The translations under genes were made by a program, and so were the position numbers. A stretch of 19,979 nucleotides of DNA from Octopus sinensis (lineage: Eukaryota), in contig NW_021824031.1 in the NCBI RefSeq assembly GCF_006345805.1, positions 1 to 19,979 on the forward strand. Reading direction: 5' to 3'. Numbering within the stretch: the first letter of the stretch is position 1; each line of letters begins with the position of its first letter. The notes below the pieces were generated by a model, which saw nothing but the letters and a program-made list of their open reading frames with translations, was not told where the DNA came from and made no database searches. Shown piece after piece: positions 1-9,310 of the stretch.

Positions 1-263
1 TAATAAGTAAAAGTTGCTAGAATGCGCTTATAGATGTAAAAGTTGCTATAAACATACAATGCGGTTAATAAGTAAAAGTTGCTAGAATGCGTTAATAGAC
101 GTAAAAGTTGCTATAAACATACAATGCGGTTAATAGGTAAAAGTTGCTAGAATGTGTTAATAGACGTAAAAGTTGCTATAAACATACAATGCGGTTAATA
201 AATAAAAGTTGCTACAATGTGTTAATAGGCGTAAAAGTCGCTATAAGCATATAGTTCGGTTAA
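1..263. repeat. Minisatellite with a 65-bp unit, about 4 copies, continuing off the left edge; each unit is a dimer of ~30+35-bp subunits sharing TAAAAGTTGCTA
   Basis: Units at 1-65, 66-130, 131-195 and 196-~260 (TAATAAGTAAAAGTTGCTAGAATGCG...GTAAAAGTTGCTATAAACATACAATGCGGT). A further diverged unit lies at about 467-530. Confidence 0.95.
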
Positions 264-466
264 CTTGCCGGCTTCGGGCAAAAGAAAATACGAGAGGATC
301 AGTTAATTGTTATTTAATTCAGCATGTTCTCCTCTCAGATACAGAAACCCATTGCAGCGGTCCTTCAGTTTTTCTAAGATCTGTAATAGAACTCGGATAG
401 TTGGGTCTCCAACTATGCCTTTCGCGACACCCTTAAAAACCGGAAACTTTTCAGCATCCCCTTGTA
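264..466 (-). mobile_element. Mariner/Tc1-derived MITE; one TIR intact, the other mostly lost
   Basis: The minus strand begins TACAAGGGGATGCTGAAAAGTTTCCGG, a mariner-type TIR with TA at 465-466. It contains LEKLKDRCNGFLYLRGEHAE, which resembles the mariner transposase C-terminus (GIEKL..RW.KC....G.YVE*). Family assignment is from recall. Confidence 0.7.
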
Positions 467-530
467 GATAAAAGTTGCTAGGATGCGTTCAAGAAGTAAA
501 AGTTGCTACAAACATGTAATTTGGTTAATA
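467..530. repeat. Displaced, diverged copy of the 65-bp minisatellite unit
   Basis: GATAAAAGTTGCTAGGATGCGTTCAAGAAGTAAAAGTTGCTACAAACATGTAATTTGGTTAATA aligns with the unit at 1-65. Confidence 0.85.
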
Positions 531-679
531 CGTTCACTTCGCAAAAACGTAGACAAGTGTTCGAGTCCCTTGTGCCTTATATGAAACATTCAACAATTGT
601 TTTCTTAGATAATCTCGCGTTGGGAAATGAAATATGAGTGCAATTAGGTAGCTGGGAAATGTTTTGAGGACCAGCTAGG

Positions 680-972
680 GAGTAGAGGCAGCAGTAATGT
701 GTGTGGAGGGGTAATTAGTAAATCTAGTGATGGTAATAGTAATACAGGCTGTGGTATGAGTAGTAAATGCATTCGCAGTAATAGTGATATTAAATTAAGT
801 AGTAGTTAGTAATTAGTTAGTCGTAGTTCGTAATAATAATTTTAATAGTAGTTAGTAATTGAGCTGAAACTAATCGTAGTAACAGTACTAGCAGTGATAG
901 TTGTGGTATTAGTCGTTGTAGTTCTTGTGCTAGTGGTAAATAATTGTGTAGCTGCAGTAGTTGTAGTAGTTA
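680..972. repeat. Degenerate (TAG/GTA)n low-complexity tract
   Basis: Recurrent AGTAGT, TAGTAA and GTTGTA triplet periodicity. Confidence 0.7.
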
Positions 973-1194
973 CACAGTACACACGCATATATGTGTATGT
1001 GTTTATAAAAAGCTGTCTCGCAGTTTATCCATCGTCGCATATATTTTGAATTCACCATCTTGAATTGCAAAATTCAAATGTTATATTTGTGTAATAAAGA
1101 AATCAAGCATGGTGTGTGTGTGTTTATATTAGAGAGACAGTGTGTGTTTGTGTTTGTGAGAGAGTGAGGTGGGGGATAGAGAACATTGAAAAGA

Positions 1195-1846
1195 TCGAAT
1201 GAAAATAAACAAGAAATGAAACAATCCAATAAGCGATAGCTCGTTAAAAACTATCTTGTTTTAGCGTGCTAGAAATAGCAGCGTTCACATAGTTATTATT
1301 GTAAGGCTTATAGCGTTCCAAGCAGCCATACCAACAAAATCACTTCATTTAAAAAATGGTATATATATGCCGGTATATTACAGAATTTTCATTTAATCAA
1401 AAATATTCATTTAACAAACTCTGGAAACTGATATTCATGAAATTGTACTTCGTATCAAAGTTATATAGCTATTATTAAATTATCATTAATGAAAATAGAG
1501 GCGTGCGAGAAAAAGGGACTGTTGCAAACAGAAACGTAAAATGTCACCTGCAACGAATTGATATTGTTTATTATTAAACATTCAAATCTAGTCCGCAGTG
1601 AATTTAATGAATATTTAACTTCATGAAGAACTGGACGCAGTGAATACAATGAATATTTAAATTTGCGAGAAATTGGAGTTATTCAATATTCAATAAACGT
1701 CAGAAATAGAAATTATAGGAAATTCCTTAGAACATGAATTCATAAAAATAATTCCAGCCAGACAGTCAAGCTTTCTTTTATTAGTACTTTTAGTAATTGT
1801 TACATACTTAATTAATAAGCAGCTTTCTTCATTATTATATGGAAGA
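1195..1846 (-). mobile_element. Partial Helitron (5' portion), same family as 15883-18934, in inverted orientation
   Basis: The reverse complement aligns colinearly with 15883-17280 once the SINE and foldback inserts are removed (e.g. AAGTGATTTTGTTGGTATGGCT, TTCACTGCGGA, GCTTGAC.GTCTGG, CAAGATAGTTTTTAACGAG). It starts A|TC at 1846 on the minus strand. No 3' CTAG terminus was found. Confidence 0.8.
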
Positions 1847-1850
1847 TTAT

Positions 1851-2036
1851 TAAGGCAACGAACCGGCAGAATCGTTAGCACGCGGGACGAACTGAGGTCA
1901 ATTTCCGCCGAGGTCACTTTGCCTTTCATCCTTTCGAGGTCGATAATTAAATTACTACTGAAAAACTGGGGTCGATGTAATCTACTCTTCCCCTTCTCAC
2001 AATTTCATCCCTTGTGCCTTATATTAGACAGGATCA
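1851..2036 (+). mobile_element. tRNA-derived SINE, group C, internally deleted
   Basis: Head AAGGC...GGCAGAATCGTTAGCACG, body TTCCGCCGAGGTC.CTTTGCCTTTCATCCTTTCGAGGTCGATAA and tail CCTTGTGCCTTATA, shared with other copies in the window. Confidence 0.8.
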
Positions 2037-2044
2037 TTATTATT

Positions 2045-2077
<33 letters not shown>

Positions 2078-2110
2078 TCATCACCATCATCATCATCATC
2101 ATCATCATTA
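2036..2110. repeat. (ATC)n microsatellite
   Basis: Direct reading; it produces the spurious poly-H, poly-I, poly-M and poly-D ORFs. Confidence 0.97.
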
Positions 2111-2520
2111 TCTGTATATATATAAAAGGCAGGGTATGTGTGTGTATGTACGTGAATGTAATTTATGCACGTCCACAAATTAGCACCCATGTCGCTCCAA
2201 TTTTAGGAGGGCATTCGTCATGACCCAGGCTGAGTTTTCTCAACTTATTTTTCCCGAGGCACTCGCAGATAGCGGTAAAAATCGATTTTCAACCACAACT
2301 TTTAACAATTTTAAAGTTTGGTAACATAAGTTACGTCCCCTTCTTGTCATAGCGAAGTGAAAGTGTGTGTGTATGTGTGTGTGTGTGTGTGTGTGAGGGA
2401 GAGAGAGAAGTTGACTGCATCTAACAAAAAATGTAACGGGAAAGTGTGTGTGAGAAAGAGAGTAGGTGAGAGCGTTCATCAAAAATAAAAATGTAAAATA
2501 TTTTTTTATTCTTAAACGTA
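2111..2520 (+). mobile_element. Possible 5' part of a different non-autonomous Helitron
   Basis: A|TCTGTATATATATAAAAGGCAGGGTATGTGTGTGTATG matches the usual invertebrate Helitron 5' pattern (TCTATATATATAAA followed by a TG-rich tract). No 3' hairpin or CTRR was found. Confidence 0.35.
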
Positions 2521-2607
2521 AGATACAGTCTTCAAATTTAGGATGTTTTTAAAAGACACTATTTTAGAATCAGATTATATATATATTCTCACACAACAAT
2601 TGAACGA

Positions 2608-2700
2608 CTTCTTTTGCCGATCCGCTAAGTTACGGTGACGTAAACACACCAACGTCAGTTGTCAAGCGATGGGGGTGACAAACAGATAAACATATACACA
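2608..2700 (-). mobile_element. Fragment of group A SINE (post-microsatellite body)
   Basis: CTTTTGCCGATCCGCTAAGTTACGGTGACGTAAACACACCAAC...GTTGTCAAGCGATG aligns with 16525-16600. It ends in the element's internal microsatellite. Confidence 0.85.
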
Positions 2701-2833
2701 CGCACACATATATGTATATATATATATATATATATGCATGTATGTATGTATAAATACATATATATATGTATATATATACACATATATATTCACACGTACA
2801 TATTTATATATGTGTGTGTATATATATATATAG

Positions 2834-2876
<43 letters not shown>

Positions 2877-2890
2877 TCAAATATACATAC
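2690..2890. repeat. Compound (TA)n/(CA)n microsatellite
   Basis: Direct reading. Confidence 0.95.
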
Positions 2891-3490
2891 CTATACAGAA
2901 AACTAGAGAAAGCGGGAGATACTAAACAAGTAGATATGATGAAAGTTGAAATTAGTAGGGAAATAGACATGTCGATAGAATTTTAGGAAAATATAGTGGA
3001 AGCAGGCAAAGGAATATTGTAGTAGTTGTTCCAGAATAAAAGAATGCACGTACACATACGTAATGTGTGTGTGTGTGTGTGTGTGTTAGTAATTTATACA
3101 CTAACATGAAATTGAATATGTCCGACAATTATCTCAATTATCAGAGAAAAACGTGTTACATCACGTGCTTCTTCTTGGGTTGAACAAACAGCAACGCACT
3201 CAACGCAAGGCGTAGATGGTTTTATGTTTCTGTCGTGATAATTTAGACGTTTACATAAGTCGTTAACTCATCTCCACCTCTATACATTAAGGTTGAAGAC
3301 ACCCGGAAATTATATTGGTCTGACATGGAAATATTAGCTATTTATTGAATTATGCATCAGATTTCATGCATCAAATTAACATGCCGAAAATGAATCGGAA
3401 TGTTTATTGGCATTTTTGTAAATTTACATATATTAATAATTAATATTTAAGTGTGGTTAAGTCTACTTGTGGAGTATACATATATTATAT

Positions 3491-3690
3491 CGAACCGTTT
3501 GAATCGTTATGACACCGGACAAAATTGCTTAGTGGCATTTCGTCTTTCTTTACGTTCTGAGTTCAAATTCCGGCGTACGGAATATGTATTTCATTTTTTC
3601 AGAGCTCATAAAATAGTGAAGTACTGAGGCCGATGAAAGTGACTAGCCTCCACACCAAAATTTCAGGTGATGCGCCTATGAGTAGGAAGT
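3491..3690 (+). mobile_element. Group C SINE, diverged
   Basis: GAATCGTTA...GCTTAGTGGCATTTCGTCTTTCTTTACGTTCTGAGTTCAAATTCC (B-box-like GAGTTCAAATTCC); inverse match to 13060-13150. Confidence 0.75.
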
Positions 3691-3837
3691 TTACGTATTG
3701 TTGCATACTCGTATACGCTTACTTACATGTACGTATGTTGTTTTGCTTTTTCATCATTCAGTTATTCTCTTATATGTTTCATTCCTAATGCTGTGGCCAC
3801 TATGGGACACAGCTCTTAGGCAACGGCCAGGCATATA

Positions 3838-4140
3838 TCACGTGATCACGTGACCGACCAAGCCATCAGATGTTGCTACATATCGCTGGTCACAATGCAC
3901 TTTGCATTGTTTAAGCCTTCAAATGACGCCACACGGCTGGCTAAGCGAGCAGACCAACAGAAGAAATAGTGAGAGAAAGTTGTGGTGAAAGAGTACAGCA
4001 GGGATCACCACCACCCCCTGCCGAAGCCTTGTGAAGATTTAGGTGTTTTCGCTCAATAAACACTCACAACGCCCGGTCTGGGAATCGAAACCGCGATCCT
4101 ACGACCACGAGTCCGCTGCCCTAACCACCGAACCATCCGT
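3838..4140 (-). mobile_element. tRNA-derived SINE, group B, with (CACGTGAT)n tail
   Basis: The minus-strand head GGTGGTTAGGGCAGCGGACTCGTGGTCGTAGGATCGCGGTTTCGATTCCCAGACC has A-box and B-box-like motifs. It is highly similar to 5195-5466, and its head and body match 12421-12615. Confidence 0.92.
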
Positions 4141-4185
4141 TTCTTTTCTACACACTTGTCTTCGTCTTTTTTTCGTGAATTCTCC

Positions 4186-4218
4186 CTATATATATATGTG
4201 TATATATATAATATATAT

Positions 4219-4253
<35 letters not shown>

Positions 4254-4255
4254 TA
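4186..4255. repeat. (TA)n microsatellite
   Basis: Direct reading. Confidence 0.97.
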
Positions 4256-4499
4256 CTTAGGCATTGTGAGACTAATTACCTAGTGTAGAACTCAATATGC
4301 TTCAGAAGGAAGCATTAGTCGAGTACAGAATGATAATAAGAAATTAAGATGACAATGGAATAAATGATTTTCATAAGAACTTCATTAGCCTACAGCTGTT
4401 TCTAATATTAGGTGTAGTGCACACAGTCGAATGCCTGAGTAGCCTTTTATAGCTTCATCGGAGCTAATGAAGTTTATAAGATAATCATTTTCTTTGATT

Positions 4500-4501
4500 A
4501 G

Positions 4502-4566
<65 letters not shown>

Positions 4567-4572
4567 TAGATA
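4500..4572. repeat. (GATA)n microsatellite
   Basis: Direct reading. Confidence 0.97.
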
Positions 4573-5124
4573 GCTGAGGGCACACATACATTATGTAAAG
4601 AGAATGACTCAAAGGAAATTAAGATCCGTGTAGATGACACAGAATGATGCTCAATTGGATAGGATCTCCAAATCCTTATTGAAGGACCAGTGCTTCGGCA
4701 TCGTAGGTTAGCTATAATGACAAACCTTATCGAACTGGTATGGGGGTAGAAAAGGAGGTTTACACAGTTAGGCTTCAGACGTATTCTTACACGGAGAACA
4801 AACGACAGATAACAAAATAAAGAAATGTTTTCATTCGCACCGTTTTGGTCTGTTCGAACGCGAAACCTCATAGTCACGAAGCGAGCATCTCAATCTCAGT
4901 GTCACATCTCAACACTTCCTCTCTCACACACACATGCATGCACGCTCGCACATAAACACACACATGAATGTTTATTATAAATGTTTTAATCACGTTTAAG
5001 TACTCATGTGTATAACAGATACTGTCTCGAATTTATCGAGACTACAAAATATTTGATTAGAGACATTACGCACATATGCAAATACACTGCACTTAGATCT
5101 GTCGACATTTATAAATATGTGATT

Positions 5125-5130
5125 ATATAC

Positions 5131-5187
<57 letters not shown>

Positions 5188-5194
5188 ATATATA
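5125..5194. repeat. (TACA)n-(TA)n microsatellite
   Basis: Direct reading. Confidence 0.95.
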
Positions 5195-5466
5195 TCACGT
5201 GATCACGTGACTGACCAGACCATCAGACGTTGCTACACATCGCTGGTCACAATGCGTTCGCATTGTTTTAGCCTTCGAATGACGCCACCCCGCTGGCTAA
5301 GCGAGAAGGCCAACAGGAGAGAGAGTGGTGAAAGAGTACAGCAGGGATCACCACCCCCTGCCGGAGCCTCGTGGAGCTTTAAGGTGTTTTCGCTCAGTAA
5401 ACACACACAACGCCCGGTCTGGGAATCGAAACCACGATCCTACGACCACTAGGCCATTGCGCCTCC
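5195..5466 (-). mobile_element. Group B SINE with (CACGTGAT)n tail and a 20-nt deletion in the tRNA head
   Basis: Aligns end to end with 3838-4140; starts GGAGGCGCAATGGCCTAGTGGT on the minus strand. Confidence 0.92.
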
Positions 5467-5477
5467 ACACACACACA

Positions 5478-5508
<31 letters not shown>

Positions 5509-5516
5509 ATATATAT

Positions 5517-5549
<33 letters not shown>

Positions 5550-5585
5550 GTACATACATACATACATTTATACATACATACATAT
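5467..5585. repeat. (CA)n-(TA)n-(TACA)n compound microsatellite
   Basis: Direct reading. Confidence 0.95.
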
Positions 5586-5899
5586 TTAAAGATACACACC
5601 CATATTGATAAACTTCACTTTAATTTACAATGACACAAACCGCTATTTAATTAACTGGCTATACTTTTACCTGATAGTGTTATTTGTTAAACTGCTGTAT
5701 TACATAACACTCCGATTAATAATTAACTCATTACAGAAGAGACACAGTGAATCAGACAGACAGCATATGGTATTCAAAACGCAGCTGGTGAATTCTTTTA
5801 ATTTAATTCTAAACATGTCTAATTTGTTTCCGAATCTGTATTGAATTTATTTATGTAGACATATGTTTGTCTACAAACATAATTACATACCACCGTACG

Positions 5900-5922
5900 T
5901 ACATATATACATATATACACAC

Positions 5923-5991
<69 letters not shown>

Positions 5992-6048
5992 TTATATATG
6001 GTAGAATGATATTCCCTCAAAAAAAATTATATATATATCATATATATA

Positions 6049-6098
<50 letters not shown>

Positions 6099-6226
6099 GT
6101 GTGTATATATATATATATATGTATATATATACATATATATATATAAAGAAAAAAGGAAAGAGAGATATGTATATATATATATATATATATGTATACATAT
6201 ATATATATGTATATATGTGTATACAT

Positions 6227-6257
<31 letters not shown>

Positions 6258-6340
6258 CATATACATATATATATATATAAACATACATATGATATGTATA
6301 TATGTGCATACGGATGTATGCATGGATGTATGTATGTATT
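5900..6340. repeat. Large compound (CA)n/(TA)n/(TACA)n microsatellite region
   Basis: Direct reading; source of the many YI/IY ORFs. Confidence 0.93.
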
Positions 6341-6789
6341 TCTGTATTTGTTACTATGTATGACGAATGAGCAAACACAGACAAAAAAAAGCGATAAAGT
6401 CGTCTTTTAACAAATTTGTTATTAGTATAACGCTTGAAAATGAAGGGAAAACGTCTTTAATATTCCTTCACCAGAAAAATGTATTAAAACGGTGAAAATC
6501 GGTGGAAAGAAGAAAAAGATTGAAAGAGTAGACGGAATTGCGGTTCTGTGGAGACGAAAAGGGAAGAAGGGAAAAGGAAGGTTGCTTTGAGCGTGAATAG
6601 AAGGGTCTCTATGTAGGGGGATGTGCTAGAAGGAATTGTGTGAGCTGCGTGGGATGTAGGTAGTTGCTTGCTGGATGTGGAGATGTCCAAGTGTGAAATA
6701 TGGTGTGGGTTTGAATACTGGTTTGAAATTTTAGCACTCGACCAGTTATTTTCGAAGGAAGGCTTAAGTCGATTACATTCACCCAATTG

Positions 6790-6875
6790 CTTAGCTGTTG
6801 TTTATTTTATCAACTCCAACAGGATGAAGGGCAAAGTCGACCTCGGTGAAATTTGAAATCAGAATGTAAAGAGGT
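6790..6875 (-). mobile_element. Group C SINE fragment
   Basis: TTTATCAACTCCAACAGGATGAAGGGCAAAGTCGACCTCGGTGAAATTTGAAATCAGAATGTAAAG matches 13035-13100. Confidence 0.8.
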
Positions 6876-7064
6876 ACACAATGTTGATAATTCATTTAAT
6901 TCTAACTATAGTGCAGCTGACATATGTTGCATTATCTCTCAACTCTGAATGCACATGTATTAATAGCCGAAACAGCTGTAAGCTAAGATGAATAAGTACG
7001 CAACTTCTGTACTTTTCTCAATTATTTTTTAATATACGTGTGCATGTATGTGTGAATGTGTGTA

Positions 7065-7071
7065 TATATAT

Positions 7072-7126
<55 letters not shown>

Positions 7127-7160
7127 CATACATACATACATACATACATACATACATACA

Positions 7161-7196
<36 letters not shown>

Positions 7197-7205
7197 TATA
7201 TATAG
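7065..7205. repeat. (GATA)n-(CATA)n-(TA)n compound microsatellite
   Basis: Direct reading. Confidence 0.97.
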
Positions 7206-7681
7206 ATTCACTATCGTGACTACAGAAATAACTAGACATCTATCCTTCAATAATAACCCAAGCTTTCCTCCCACCGTGAAAGTATTAAGTAATTTATTGG
7301 GACAGTCAAACTTAAAATGGACGGTTCATAATATTTCACTTTGCATAGTTTCAGGTATTCGGGAGAGGTTTTGAAAGACCATAAGCAAGTCTTTATGTTG
7401 GGTGATTATAAGCGAGAAAGAAGCAACAAGAATGGATAGGTTTTTAGTACAATCGTTTCATACAAGGACAGGCTTTATTAAAAGTTGCAAAAATTACAGC
7501 ATATAAACGTGTCCCGTACTCATCAGCTAAAATACATGTGAGTTCTCTAGACATCCTAGTGGTTGAGGCTATACTCATGAAGTAATGTAGATAATTAAGT
7601 AACATAAACAGATTTCCAAAGTTCATTAAAGTTCTTTAAAGATGATGTACAGTCTTATCACAGAATTTTAAAAAAGTTTTA

Positions 7682-7963
7682 ATAGCATCACAGAGAAGGT
7701 GACCTAATCCATAGTGCACATATGAATTTCCAGAGATATGAGGAGGGATTACATACTCACAGACGACAAATTTATCCATTGTTAATCACAACGAGGTGGG
7801 TCTCAATTCCTGCTTATTAGCATTACAGAGAGGGTGAATTAATCCTTTGTATAGATGCACAATTTCCAATGGTGTAGATGTAAATTTCCAGAGAAATGAA
7901 GAGGAATTTCATATTCACAGGCGATAAATTTATCAATGGTTGAACACAATGGTTGAACACAAT
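7682..7963. repeat. Diverged local tandem duplication (two units of ~135-150 bp) with smaller nested duplications
   Basis: TAGCATCACAGAGAAGGTGA...AATTTCCAGAGATATGAGGAGG...AAATTTATCCATTG versus TAGCATTACAGAGAGGGTGA...AATTTCCAGAGAAATGAAGAGG...AAATTTATCAATGG. TGGTTGAACACAA occurs twice at the end. Confidence 0.75.
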
Positions 7964-7970
7964 ATGTATA

Positions 7971-8013
<43 letters not shown>

Positions 8014-8287
8014 ATATATATATACGAGTGTATAAGTATTTATACACAGAGAGTGGCCGTTGACAGGATGTTTTACATGCTAGAAGGGGTAGCCAAACGC
8101 AAACCACGAAAACAAGTACTTCCAAAGAGGATGAAATCAAAACTTAAGGCGTCATGTTAAGGGTCACCTCTGTATATAAATAATTATACACTCGTATATG
8201 AAAACATGTTTGTCTATTGACTTTTATTACGCATGCTAGCAAAGGGTATGATAATTTTTCTAACTTTTCTACTCTTATAATTATATT

Positions 8288-8450
8288 AGCGCAGGAGTGG
8301 TAAGTAGCTTGCTTACTAACCACATGGTTCCGGTTTCAGTCCCACTGCGTGGCACCTTAGGAAAGTGTCTTCTACTATAGCCTCGGGCCGACCAAATCCT
8401 TGTGAGTGCATTTGGTAGACGGAAACTGAAAGAAGCCCGTCCTATATATG

Positions 8451-8489
<39 letters not shown>

Positions 8490-8700
8490 CTGTGTCTGTG
8501 TTTGTCCCACCCCCAACATCGCTTGACAACCGATGTTGGTGTGTTTGCGTCCCCGTAACTTAGTGGTTCGGCAAAAGATACCGATAGGATAAGTACTAGG
8601 CTTACAAAGAATAAGTCCTGGGGTCGATTTGCTCGACTAAAGGCGGTGCTCCAGCATGGCCGCAGTCAAATGACTGAAACAAGGAAAAGTGTAAAAGAGT
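8288..8700 (+). mobile_element. tRNA-derived SINE, group A, near full length, with internal (TA)n(TG)n
   Basis: GCGCAGGAGTGG...GGTTCCGGTTTCAGTCCCACTGCGTGGCACCTTAGGAAAGTGTCTT...CAGCATGGCCGCAGTCAAATGACTGAAACAAG; colinear with the reverse complement of 16398-16791. Confidence 0.93.
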
Positions 8701-9089
8701 ATATACATATATATACATACACGTAACATATAGTGAAATTATAAACAGGGCAAATTTTAGCCATTTCTTTGCAGACTGAAAAAAATGATGAACAACCTTA
8801 ATCAGTCTTCTAACCTTGCTGCGTTCTCATAAGAGGCGCCCACATCGCTTTGACAATCTCCAGAGAAACATATAGTCAAACTGTTTATATACTCAGCAAA
8901 TGCAGCAGTTACTCTATGAAGGAAACTCCGTCCAAGATAATGTGGTGTATGAGTGTACATGTGTCTCTAGCTGGAGGAACCCTTCTCTTTAATCAGTATC
9001 GTTTAGTTTGGTGTTGGGCTTCACTTGGAAAAATTTGTTTTACTCGAAGAACTAGGCCATTATTCTTGATGACGGTACTTTTAGGCTCC

Positions 9090-9310
9090 TGTGAAGAATT
9101 AAACTCAAAACGTAAGGAGTCAGAATATATACCGCAAGGAATCTGGTCTGACGTTTCTGTTGTTCCGGCTACAGTAGCGATTTTTATCGACGCCGAAAGA
9201 ATGAAAGCATTGATGACTTCAGAGGATTTGATCTCAGAGCGTAGAGAGTCAAAACAATTACTGCAAGGCATTCAATTTAATCTTCGAACGACTCCACCAA
9301 TATCACATGA
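9090..9310 (-). mobile_element. Old, diverged group C SINE remnant(s)
   Basis: The minus strand GCAGTAATTGTTTTGACTCTCTACGCTCTGAGATCAAATCCTCTGAAGTCATCAATGCTTTCATTCTTTCGGCGTCGATAAAA parallels the group C body. A second partial head lies at about 9090-9140. Confidence 0.55.

Noticed and set aside
1-263. CRISPR-like array
   Set aside because: These are head-to-tail tandem units with no unique spacers, no cas genes and a eukaryotic context.
886-893. ACTAGCAG as the 3' terminus of the minus-strand Helitron copy
   Set aside because: It lies in TAG-rich low-complexity sequence with no adjacent hairpin and no further homology to 18900-18934.
4070-4140. tRNA genes at SINE heads (also about 5410-5466, 8288-8350, 12421-12495 and 16720-16791)
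   Set aside because: They have A/B-box-like motifs but no proper acceptor stem, and they continue into shared SINE bodies.
6484-6786. Possible Penelope-like RT remnant on the minus strand (HISHLDISTSSKQLPTSH; LPFPFFPFRLHR)
   Set aside because: The resemblance to FLD(I/V)...TS and IPFSQFLRLRR is weak and needs frameshifts. A tblastn or HMM hit would be required.
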